DNA of 64,000 nucleotides from Syntrophales bacterium (GTDB taxonomy: Bacteria > Desulfobacterota > Syntrophia > Syntrophales > UBA6807). The notes beneath the pieces were generated by a model. The model saw only the letters and a program-made list of their open reading frames with translations. It had not been told where the DNA came from and ran no database searches. The DNA lies in the NCBI GenBank assembly GCA_040767195.1, contig JAXGPA010000006.1:32001-96000 (forward strand). The letters are read 5' to 3'. Made by a program: the position numbers and the translations under genes. Shown piece after piece: positions 36,862 to 45,722 of this stretch (the stretch's first letter is position 1; every line of letters begins with the position of its first letter).

Positions 36862-38829
36862 TCAGCTGTTTTCCCCGAGAAGAACAGCCAGGCGGATGGT
36901 CTCGGCGACGCTCCAGGCCTGGGCGATGCATCCCCGGGGACGATGGGGACTCTCCCCGTCGAATATCTCCGACACCGTCCCCAGCCCGGCATCGGAAAGG
37001 TGTTTCGTCAGGTTCCGGAGCAGCCGCGACAGGCGGCTCCGGGCCGCTTCCCTGTCATCGGAAAAACGGAGCAGCGCTTTTCCGTAATGTCCGTTGAGCC
37101 AGGGCCACACCGTGCCCTGGTGGTAAGCGGCGTCACGCTCCTCCGGTCCCCCGGCGTAAACGGGCCGGTAGGCCGGGTCCCGGGGAGACAGGGTTCTCAA
37201 GCCAAAGGGCGTGAGCAGGGCCTCCGTCACCGTTTCCACGACCCGCTTTCCCAGGTCCCGGTCCCGGAGAACCGGGAAAGGCAGGGACAGGGCGAAGATC
37301 TGGTTGGGCCGGAGGGACCTGTCCCGGCCCCCCGTGACGGGATCCGCCGTGTCGGCCAGGTATCCTTCCCCGGGAAGGGTGAAAAGGGAAAGAAAGGACG
37401 CCTCGACCCGGGACAGCAGGGCCTGGCCGTCGAAGAAAAGCGGTTCTCCGAGCGTTTCCGACAGCTGTTCCAGGAAAGCCAGGGCATTGTACCACAGGGC
37501 GTTGATCTCCACGGGACAGCCGTTTCGCGGGGTCACAGGCTTTCCTCTCACCGTTGCGTCCATCCAGGTCAGCTGGGTTTCCGAATCCCCCACGGAGAGA
37601 AGGCCGTTTTGCAGGAACCGGATGCCCTCGGCCCGCCCCTCCAGGTAACCCCGGGCCAGATCGGCGAGAACGGGCCAGAACAGGTCTCTCACGGTCTCCA
37701 GGTCCCCCGTCGTCTCGAGGAATTGCTGGACGCACCAGAAATACCAGAGAGAGGCGTCGGCGGTGTTGTAGGCCGGCGCTCCCCTCTCGGAGAGGCAGTT
37801 GGGCAGGAGACCGTCCCGTCTCTGTTCCCCGAGCCTGAGGAGAATTTCCCGGCCCTCTTCGACGCGCCCCAGGCAGAAGGTGAGCCCGGGGAGACTGATG
37901 AGGGTGTCCCGGCCCCATACATAAAACCAGGGGTATCCGGCGATGACGGCCCGCCGTCCCGCCCCGTCCCGGATCAGAAACTGCCCCGCCCCCCCCAAAA
38001 AAGGGGACAGATTTATTTTTTTACCCTTTGTTTCGAGGGCTTGTTTCTTTCTTCTCCCCACTTCACCCTGCCAGAGTGCTTTCGGGGGGGAAATCTCTTC
38101 CTCCAGGGACGCCATGAAAAAGGCCTCCGCCCCGGGCAGCAGGGGGGCCTCGAGAACACCGGGGGTGAAGAGGTCTTCGTAACAGGGAAATCCGCGGGCC
38201 TCCTCTTCCCGGTACTCAAAGTTCCGATACCAGAGCGGCTCGGGGTAAAAAGATGGGGAAGGGTCGAGGCGGCAGAAAAGGGCCGGCATCCCGTCATAGG
38301 GCCTGACGGAAAAACCGTTTTCCCCGGCAGTGGTCTCTGTTCGCAGGAAGGTGTTTTCCTTCATGAGACGGTGTATGTCCCTAAAGGCCAGAAAGGGCCG
38401 GACGCGGAGCACACCCCCCGGCGCCCCCGCCTCGAGGGCGTACCGGATGACAAGGGTGTTTTTCTCCTTCAAAAGGACGATTTCCTTTCGCAGCCCGCCT
38501 TCGTCGAACCGGTATCGGAATGAGGGACCCGCCCCGAGAACGACCTCGGAAAGGGGAAAATCGGCCACCGGCGGCGGAACGCCCCGGTACGTATGTAAGG
38601 ACAGGGGCCAGGTCCGGTCTCCCCGGCAAAAGGTGTCTTCCACTTTTGACAGGAGAACGAAGCGCCCCGCCGGTTCCTCGAGGCGGGAAACGAGGAGCCC
38701 GTGGTACTTCCGGGTGTGGCAGTTGAAGACGGAACTCGAGGCGTAGCCGCCGAGGCCGTTTGTCTCGAGCCACTCCTTTTCCAGGAGGTCTTCGGTCTTG
38801 TTCTTCTCCCTCGTGATGACGCGGATCAT
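36862..38829 (-). CDS. Amylo-alpha-1,6-glucosidase (archaeal-type glycogen debranching enzyme)
   Basis: EWLETNGLGGY, TRKYHGLL, AGYPWF..WGRD, LTWMDA, YHQGTVWPW, QAWSVAE. Confidence 0.9.
   Translation of the reverse strand: MIRVITREKNKTEDLLEKEWLETNGLGGYASSSVFNCHTRKYHGLLVSRLEEPAGRFVLLSKVEDTFCRGDRTWPLSLHTYRGVPPPVADFPLSEVVLGAGPSFRYRFDEGGLRKEIVLLKEKNTLVIRYALEAGAPGGVLRVRPFLAFRDIHRLMKENTFLRTETTAGENGFSVRPYDGMPALFCRLDPSPSFYPEPLWYRNFEYREEEARGFPCYEDLFTPGVLEAPLLPGAEAFFMASLEEEISPPKALWQGEVGRRKKQALETKGKKINLSPFLGGAGQFLIRDGAGRRAVIAGYPWFYVWGRDTLISLPGLTFCLGRVEEGREILLRLGEQRRDGLLPNCLSERGAPAYNTADASLWYFWCVQQFLETTGDLETVRDLFWPVLADLARGYLEGRAEGIRFLQNGLLSVGDSETQLTWMDATVRGKPVTPRNGCPVEINALWYNALAFLEQLSETLGEPLFFDGQALLSRVEASFLSLFTLPGEGYLADTADPVTGGRDRSLRPNQIFALSLPFPVLRDRDLGKRVVETVTEALLTPFGLRTLSPRDPAYRPVYAGGPEERDAAYHQGTVWPWLNGHYGKALLRFSDDREAARSRLSRLLRNLTKHLSDAGLGTVSEIFDGESPHRPRGCIAQAWSVAETIRLAVLLGENS
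37997..38021 (+). repeat. Copy of the GGGGACAGATTTATTT repeat inside the debranching enzyme CDS
   Basis: AAAAAAGGGGACAGATTTATTTTTT identical over 25 bp to 61522-61546. Confidence 0.75.
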
Positions 38830-38983
38830 GAAATCATGGCATTCCCGGGAAAAGCGCTTTGTTTCGGAACCCCTGTGTTCGCCCCCGGAGGTTTTCACAT
38901 GTCTTCTTATACAGTAAAAGGGACCCGGTCTTCAATGGGCAGAAAAAAGAGGAAGCGATTTTTCTTGAACGCCGGGAAATTTC

Positions 38984-41473
38984 GTGAATAATGGGTTTTT
39001 CATGACCTTGCCGCTCCTTCCCATCGTCATCGCCCTGATGCTCGGGGTCCTCCTGGGTGCCCGCTGCCCCGCTGTCCCGCCCGTTTTTTTCGCGGCCGGC
39101 GGCGTCTTCCTCCTGGCGGCCCTTCTGTCCCTGAAGAAAAGAAAAAAAGCCCTCTTCGCTCTTTTCATCCTTCCCGGGTTCCTGGTCCTGGGAATGGCCG
39201 CCATCCAGAGGGACCTCTATTTCCCCTCCGCCGTCCCGTGGGCCGACGGCACCGCCCGGGTGATGGAAGGCATGGTCGCCGAGGACCCTCTCGAATCGGA
39301 GGACAGGAAGGACCTGGTTCTTTCCTCGCTTACGATCTGGAAAGACGGCGTCCCCGCCCCCGTGAGCGGCAGGGTCCTCCTGTCCGTCCGGGAGCCCTGC
39401 GCGGCCTTTCGATACGGTGACGTGGTGAGGACCCGGGGGACCCTGAAGGCTCCCCGCAATTTCAACAACCCGGGCGGGTTCGACTACCGGCGTTTCCTCC
39501 TGTCCCGGGGCATCACCCTGCGGGGGCACATCTGGGACGGATCGTCGGTCGTCATCGTCCGGAGAAACGGGGGAAACGAACTGCGGGCGCTCGTGGAACG
39601 GTCAAGAGACCGCGTCGGGTCCTTCATCGATGTCCACGAGAAAAATGAAAGAGGGGCCCTCCTGAAGGCCCTCCTCATCGGGAAAAAACGGGGCCTCCCC
39701 GAAGACGTCCGGGAGAGCTTCAACCGCGCGGGGATCTCCCATGTCCTGGCCATATCAGGCCTTCACGTGGGCCTCGTGGCGCTTTTCGTCTTCTTTCTCG
39801 CCGAAAGTGTTCTCAAGCGATCCGAAACCATCCTCCTAACGGGAAATCTCTTCCGCCTGTCCGCCGCCACCGTCCTCCTCCCGGTCGTCTTTTACGCTCT
39901 CATCGCCGGCCTCGGCGTCCCCGTCATCCGGGCCACGGTCATGGCAGTCCTGTTTCTTCTCGCCGTCATCCTGGGCAAATCGAGATCGGTCCTGAACGTC
40001 CTGGCCTTCGCCGCTTTCGTGGTCCTCCTGGCGGACCCGTCGGGTCTCTTCGACGCCTCCTTTCAGCTTTCCTTCACCGCCGTGGCGTCCATACTCCTTC
40101 TGGTCCCCGCCTGGAAACGCCTTTTTCCGGCTCGAAAAAACGTGGCGCCCCCCGATTCTTCACCCCCCCTCCCGGAAAGAGCAGCCCGGCACATCCTCCT
40201 CCTGGCGGCCGTCACCATGGGCGCCACCCTGGGGACCCTTCCTCTCGTGGCCATCTGGTTTCACCGCCTCTCGACGGTCTCCTTACTTTCCAATCTTGTC
40301 GCCGTCCCCGCCATCGGCTTCGTCACCCTCCCCCTGGGCCTTGCCGCCGTCTTTCTTCTTCCCCTGGGTCCCTGGGTCTCCCTCCTTTTTCTTAAAGCCG
40401 CCGCGTGGACCCTTCTGCCCGTTCTTGCCTTCACGAAATGGATTTCAGCCTTTTCCTTCTCTTCCCCCATCGTGGCGACCCCCGGCGCCTGGGTCCTCGT
40501 TTTGTATTACGGGCTTCTTCTGGCGGGGGTTTTTCTCGCGGGGGGGACGGGGCCGCAAAAGCCAAAAGCGCCTTTCCGGCTCCTCTCCGCCGGATGCTTC
40601 GGGGTCGCCTTCATCTTTCTCCTTATCCAATTTTTCCCCGCCGCGCCGGAAAGGAAAACCCTGCGGCTCACCGCCGTCGACGTGGGCCAGGGAACGGCTA
40701 CGCTCGTTGAATTTCCCGGGAAGGCCGTCATGCTCGTCGACGGGGGCGGTTTTCACGACAACCGGTTCGACGTGGGCCGCCACGTCGTGGCCCCTTTCCT
40801 GCTCTCCCGAAAGATACGGACCCTGGACGTGGTCGTCCTCTCCCACCCGCATCACGACCATCTGAACGGGCTCCTCTACATCCTTGATCATTTCACGGTC
40901 CGGGAAGTGTGGGCAAACGGGGAGGCCGCGGAAACCGGGACGTACCATCTTTTTCTCGAGCTTCTCGAAAAACGGGGTATCCCGTACCGGAAACGAAGCG
41001 CCCGGGATGATCCCGTCACCATCGGCGGTGTCACCGTTTCCTTTCTCAATCCCGATGCGCCGCTTGCCGGGCTGGTCCCGGAAACGGTGGAATCGACGAC
41101 GAACGACCGGTCCCTGGTCCTGCGTCTTACCCATAAAAAACACCGTTTCCTTCTTCCCGGGGACATCTCGGAAATTACGGAAAAAAGGCTCCTTCAGGAA
41201 GTCCGCGACCTTGAAAGCGACGTTCTTTTCGCCCCCCACCACGGGTCTTCCCATTCCAGCTGCCGCCCCTTCCTGAAAAAGGTCCGGCCCCGTCATGTGA
41301 TCATGAGCCTGGGGTACGAGAACCCTTTCCGCTTTCCCTCGTCCGACATCCTCGCCCGGTATGATGAGATCGGGGCGGCTGTCCACCGGACGGATCTCGA
41401 CGGGGCGGTGACCGTCGAAAGCGACGGTACGCGCCTTTGGACGGCGTCTTTCCTCGAGAGTGCCTCCCCGTGA
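38984..41473 (+). CDS. comEC: DNA internalization competence protein ComEC/Rec2
   Basis: NPGGFDY, HVLAISGLH, SFQLSF, DVGQG, SHPHHDH, PHHGS; start may be 39002. Confidence 0.93.
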   Translation: MNNGFFMTLPLLPIVIALMLGVLLGARCPAVPPVFFAAGGVFLLAALLSLKKRKKALFALFILPGFLVLGMAAIQRDLYFPSAVPWADGTARVMEGMVAEDPLESEDRKDLVLSSLTIWKDGVPAPVSGRVLLSVREPCAAFRYGDVVRTRGTLKAPRNFNNPGGFDYRRFLLSRGITLRGHIWDGSSVVIVRRNGGNELRALVERSRDRVGSFIDVHEKNERGALLKALLIGKKRGLPEDVRESFNRAGISHVLAISGLHVGLVALFVFFLAESVLKRSETILLTGNLFRLSAATVLLPVVFYALIAGLGVPVIRATVMAVLFLLAVILGKSRSVLNVLAFAAFVVLLADPSGLFDASFQLSFTAVASILLLVPAWKRLFPARKNVAPPDSSPPLPERAARHILLLAAVTMGATLGTLPLVAIWFHRLSTVSLLSNLVAVPAIGFVTLPLGLAAVFLLPLGPWVSLLFLKAAAWTLLPVLAFTKWISAFSFSSPIVATPGAWVLVLYYGLLLAGVFLAGGTGPQKPKAPFRLLSAGCFGVAFIFLLIQFFPAAPERKTLRLTAVDVGQGTATLVEFPGKAVMLVDGGGFHDNRFDVGRHVVAPFLLSRKIRTLDVVVLSHPHHDHLNGLLYILDHFTVREVWANGEAAETGTYHLFLELLEKRGIPYRKRSARDDPVTIGGVTVSFLNPDAPLAGLVPETVESTTNDRSLVLRLTHKKHRFLLPGDISEITEKRLLQEVRDLESDVLFAPHHGSSHSSCRPFLKKVRPRHVIMSLGYENPFRFPSSDILARYDEIGAAVHRTDLDGAVTVESDGTRLWTASFLESASP

Positions 41474-41624
41474 ATCCCCCCGGGCCGCCTTTCAGGCTTT
41501 TTGCACCATCGCCATGATTGTAATTAAAAGGGATTTGTGTTAATTACTCCCGGTTTGAACAAGCGATTCAGACGACTACACAGGGGAATCCTTTCGCGGT
41601 TCCCCCGTCTTTGCGGAAAGGCTC

Positions 41625-42890
41625 ATGGAACGGATTACGTCCATCCGGGGATTCAGGGACATTCTCCCCGGCGAATCGGAAAAGTGGCAGTTCGTCGAGG
41701 AAAAGGCCCGTGAAATCTTCGGCGCTTACGGCGTCCGGGAAATCCGGATCCCCATCCTCGAAAAGACGGACCTCTTCCGCCGGGGGATCGGTGAAACCAC
41801 CGACGTGGTCGAGAAGGAAATGTACACGTTCGTGGATCGGGGTGAGGAATCCCTGACGCTCCGTCCCGAAGCGACGGCTTCGGTCATCCGCGCCTACATC
41901 GAGCACAATTTCTTTGAAACGGACCCGGTGACGAAACTTTTCACCATCGGCCCCATGTTCCGGCGCGAGCGGCCCCAGAAGGGGCGTTATCGCCAGTTCC
42001 ACCAGATCAACGTGGAAATGCTCGGCTATGAAGATCCCCGGATCGACGGGGAACTCATCAGCATGCTCATGCTGTTTCTTTCCGAGCTGGGAATCGGAGA
42101 CCTGGATCTCGAGATCAATTCGCTGGGTTGTGCGGACTGCCGCCCTGTTTTCCGGGAAGAGGTGGTCCGTTTTCTCGACCACAGGGAGGAAAGCCTCTGC
42201 CCCGACTGCCGGAGAAGGCTCCAGACCAACCCGCTCCGGGTTTTCGACTGCAAGGTGGAAACCTGCCGGGAAGCGGTCCGGGAAGCCCCGGTCATTCTCG
42301 ATTCCATCTGCGCCGGATGCCGCGATCACTTCGAGAAAGTCAAGGAACTTCTCGATGCCCTGGCCGTCCCCTTCCGGGTCAATCCCCGGATGGTCCGGGG
42401 TCTGGATTATTACAAGAGAACGGCTTTTGAGGTCATCGGTCACAGCCTGGGCTCCCAGAACGCCGTCGCCGGGGGAGGCCGATACGACGGGCTGGTCCAG
42501 GAACTGGGGGGGCCGGACATCCCCGGGATCGGCTTCGCCATCGGCTTTGAAAGGCTCGTTTCCATGCTTCCCGGCGACGAGACAAGTTTTTCCTCGAAGC
42601 CGTCCCTCTACATCGCCACCCTGGGAACGGCGGCGGAAACCTTCGCCTTCCGCCTTCTCCACGATCTCCGGAAGACGGGTCTTCAGGCGGAAACGGATTA
42701 CTCGGGGAAGAGCCTCAAGGCCCAGATGAAGCGGGCCGGGCGATCGGGGGCCCCTTACGTGCTCATCGTCGGGGAGAACGAACTGGCCGAGGGGGCCGTG
42801 GTCCTGCGAAACATGGGGGCGGGCACCCAGGAAAAAGTAGCCATAAGCGAACTTCATGCAAAATTGAAAGAAATCTTCCATGCGAGGTAA
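41625..42890 (+). CDS. hisS: Histidine--tRNA ligase
   Basis: LRPEATAS, RERPQKGRYRQFHQ, VRGLDYY, GGGRYDGL. Confidence 0.97.
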   Translation: MERITSIRGFRDILPGESEKWQFVEEKAREIFGAYGVREIRIPILEKTDLFRRGIGETTDVVEKEMYTFVDRGEESLTLRPEATASVIRAYIEHNFFETDPVTKLFTIGPMFRRERPQKGRYRQFHQINVEMLGYEDPRIDGELISMLMLFLSELGIGDLDLEINSLGCADCRPVFREEVVRFLDHREESLCPDCRRRLQTNPLRVFDCKVETCREAVREAPVILDSICAGCRDHFEKVKELLDALAVPFRVNPRMVRGLDYYKRTAFEVIGHSLGSQNAVAGGGRYDGLVQELGGPDIPGIGFAIGFERLVSMLPGDETSFSSKPSLYIATLGTAAETFAFRLLHDLRKTGLQAETDYSGKSLKAQMKRAGRSGAPYVLIVGENELAEGAVVLRNMGAGTQEKVAISELHAKLKEIFHAR

Positions 42891-42896
42891 CGGGCC

Positions 42897-44672
42897 TTGT
42901 CTCTTTTTGTAACTGAACTGAAAAGAACACATTACTGCGGTGACCTCCGCCTTTCCCAGGAGGGGCGGGAGGTCGTTCTCATGGGGTGGACCCACCGCCG
43001 CCGGGATCACGGGGGCGTCATCTTCGTCGACCTTCGGGACAGGTCCGGGCTGGTCCAGGTCGTGTTCAATCCCGAAATCGCCTCGGAGTCCCACCAGGAG
43101 GCCAAGAAGATCCGAAGCGAGTATGTTCTGGCCGTCCGGGGCACGGTCCGGCGCCGGCCGCCGGACATGGTGAACCCCAACATGGAAACGGGGGAGATCG
43201 AGGTCATGGTGGACGACCTCGAAATTCTCAACGAGTCAAAAACGCCCCCCTTTCTCATCGAGGGGGGGGAAGACATCTCCGAGAACATCCGTCTGCGGTA
43301 CCGGTACCTGGATCTCCGAAGGCCGCCCATTCAGCGAAACCTCTTTTTGAGAAGCCAGGTCGCCCGGGAAACGCGGAACTACCTTTCCGACAAGGGGTTC
43401 ATCGAGGTGGAAACGCCCTTCCTCACGAAAAGCACCCCCGAAGGGGCGCGAGACTACCTCGTCCCGAGCCGGATCAACCAGGGCATGTTCTACGCCCTGC
43501 CCCAATCCCCCCAGCTCTTCAAGCAGCTTCTCATGGTGTCCGGTTTCGACCGCTATTTCCAGGTCGTCAAGTGCTTCAGGGACGAGGATCTTCGGGCGGA
43601 CCGCCAGCCCGAGTTCACCCAGATCGACATCGAGATGTCCTTCATCACCGAAGACGACATCATCGCCACCATGGAAGGCCTCATGGCTCACATCTTCAAA
43701 GCCGGGCTGGGAATCGACATCCCTCTCCCCATCCCCAGGCTTTCCTATAAAGAGGCCATCGATTCCTATGGCCGGGACAACCCGGACACCCGGTTCGGCA
43801 TGAAGCTCGTGAACATCACCGATGTGTTGAGGAACTCGGGGTTCCAGGTTTTTGCGGAAGTAATCCAGCGGGGCGGTATCGTCAAGGCCATCAAGGTGGA
43901 AGAAGGGAAGAGGCTTTCCCGTAAGGACCTGGATGAGCTGACGAACTTCGTCGGCATTTACGGGAGCGCGGGACTGGCCTGGGCCCGGGTCAATCCCGAC
44001 GGGTGGACGTCACCGGTCTTCAAGTTCCTGAAACCGGAGGAGGTGGAAGGGATCAACCGGGCCATGGACGCTGTTCCGGGAGACCTGATCCTTATGGTGG
44101 CCGATGTGCCGAGGGTCGTTCACGATTCCCTTGGAAACCTGAGAATTCACCTGGCCCAGAAGCTCGGCCTGGTGAAGCCGGGAACGTTCTCCTTCGTCTG
44201 GATCGTGGAATTTCCCATGTTCGAGTACAGCGAAACGGAAAAGCGATACATGGCGACCCATCACCCTTTCACGTCCCCCGTCATGGAGGACCTCTCCTTC
44301 CTGGAAACGGACCCCGGAAAAGTCCGGGCGCGGGCTTACGACCTGGTCCTCAACGGGTCGGAAATCGGCGGCGGGAGCATCCGGATCCACCGCCAGGACG
44401 TCCAGTCCCGGGTCTTCGACGCCCTGGGGCTCTCCCAGGAGGAAGCCCGGACGAAGTTCGGTTTTCTTCTCGATGCCCTGGAATACGGGACACCCCCTCA
44501 CGGCGGCATTGCCTTCGGGTTCGACCGGATCATCATGCTCATGACGGGCGCCGAATCCATCCGGGATGTCATCGCCTTTCCGAAGACCCAGAAGGCCACC
44601 TGCCTCCTCACGGGGGCCCCTTCGGAAGCCACGGTGGAACAGCTCATGGACCTTTCCATAAAGACCGTCTGA
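42897..44672 (+). CDS. aspS: Aspartate--tRNA ligase (probably non-discriminating)
   Basis: [41 protein letters not shown]. Confidence 0.97.
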   Translation: MSLFVTELKRTHYCGDLRLSQEGREVVLMGWTHRRRDHGGVIFVDLRDRSGLVQVVFNPEIASESHQEAKKIRSEYVLAVRGTVRRRPPDMVNPNMETGEIEVMVDDLEILNESKTPPFLIEGGEDISENIRLRYRYLDLRRPPIQRNLFLRSQVARETRNYLSDKGFIEVETPFLTKSTPEGARDYLVPSRINQGMFYALPQSPQLFKQLLMVSGFDRYFQVVKCFRDEDLRADRQPEFTQIDIEMSFITEDDIIATMEGLMAHIFKAGLGIDIPLPIPRLSYKEAIDSYGRDNPDTRFGMKLVNITDVLRNSGFQVFAEVIQRGGIVKAIKVEEGKRLSRKDLDELTNFVGIYGSAGLAWARVNPDGWTSPVFKFLKPEEVEGINRAMDAVPGDLILMVADVPRVVHDSLGNLRIHLAQKLGLVKPGTFSFVWIVEFPMFEYSETEKRYMATHHPFTSPVMEDLSFLETDPGKVRARAYDLVLNGSEIGGGSIRIHRQDVQSRVFDALGLSQEEARTKFGFLLDALEYGTPPHGGIAFGFDRIIMLMTGAESIRDVIAFPKTQKATCLLTGAPSEATVEQLMDLSIKTV

Positions 44673-44809
44673 ACAGCCGGCGAAACAAGGGCGGATTGTC
44701 GATGGATGGATTGACCTTGACAAAGGAAGCTTTTAATCGCTATAAATACAAGTGAGTAAATGAAACGGATCGGTTCCGAAAAGGAATCGACGGAAAAGGA
44801 GGAGAAATC

Positions 44810-45301
44810 ATGATAAACAAAAGGCGTCTTTACGTGTTCGTAACCCTGCTGATCGCCGGCCTCTTCGCCTTCGTTATCGGCGGCTGCTGCCCCAAAAAAC
44901 CAGCGGAGACGGCGGCCCCGGCTGAAGAGACCGTGGTGGTGACGGCGGTGGCGGTGGCCGAGGAAGTTCCTCCCAAGCCTCTCGAGGAAGTGGAGGCGAT
45001 CGTGGTGGTGGAAGAGGTGGTTATCGCCGCTCCGGAAATGGAATACCACCTGGTAAAGAGGGGGGAATGCCTCTGGTGGATCGCCGAATACGAGGACGTC
45101 TACAACGATCCCTTCATGTGGCCCATCATCTATGACGCCAACAAGGACAAGATCAGCAATCCCGACCTGATTTACCCGGGCCAGGAACTGAAGATCCCCC
45201 GGCTGGGATACACGATGGATGATCTCCAGGAGATGAGGCGTTCCGCGGGAGCGCCCCGGCCCTACGCGCCGCCCGAAGGCGCCCAGCTTCCCATTCAGTA
45301 A
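44810..45301 (+). CDS. LysM-domain lipoprotein
   Basis: Signal ending IGGCC; LVKRGECLWWIA...NPDLIYPGQELKIP. Confidence 0.85.
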   Translation: MINKRRLYVFVTLLIAGLFAFVIGGCCPKKPAETAAPAEETVVVTAVAVAEEVPPKPLEEVEAIVVVEEVVIAAPEMEYHLVKRGECLWWIAEYEDVYNDPFMWPIIYDANKDKISNPDLIYPGQELKIPRLGYTMDDLQEMRRSAGAPRPYAPPEGAQLPIQ

Positions 45302-45324
45302 AAACAGCTTGCCATGTTAAAACG

Positions 45325-45356
45325 AGAGAGGGCACGTTGTGCCCTCTCTTTTTTTT
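45325..45356 (+). terminator. Intrinsic terminator
   Basis: AGAGAGGGCAC-gtt-GTGCCCTCTCT followed by a T run. Confidence 0.8.
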
Positions 45357-45616
45357 CACCCTTGCACCATGTCAAATTCCGACACCGGCGATAGTGGTGC
45401 ACCACGTTGTTTCCTCATTTCCGCAAACTTTTAAAAAACTGACTAAGCGGTTGGCAGTGACATGTTTGTGTATTCCCGACCCCGAAAAAAAGGGAGGGAA
45501 AAAGCGCGGAAGGGGTCTCTTCGACCTTAAAGCCGGATTTTGGGGGTCAAAAAGGGCTGTTTAAGGCCAAAAAAGAGGGCAAAAAAGGCTCTTTATTCTA
45601 ATATATCAGATGCTTG

Positions 45617-45632
45617 CCTTGGTCCGACCCCA
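45617..45632. repeat. 16-bp repeat CCTTGGTCCGACCCCA (left copy)
   Basis: Identical to 48384-48399. Confidence 0.8.
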
Positions 45633-45722
45633 TTATGACTTCTATCAAACACTCTCCCGCCCGGCGATCTTGACATCACGTAACCTTCGTGCGAAGAAAT
45701 TAAAAAATACGGAGAATAGCCA

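Noticed and set aside
36783..36992. Extended N-termini in the ORF track (glycogen fusion, helicase, panC, mrpG, coaBC, PHP)
   Set aside because: They overlap neighbouring genes or leaders; downstream starts fit the RBS or the family N-terminus better.
41474..41624. T-box leader before hisS-aspS
   Set aside because: Too short and no T-box consensus; only one GGGGAATC/GGTTCCCC hairpin.
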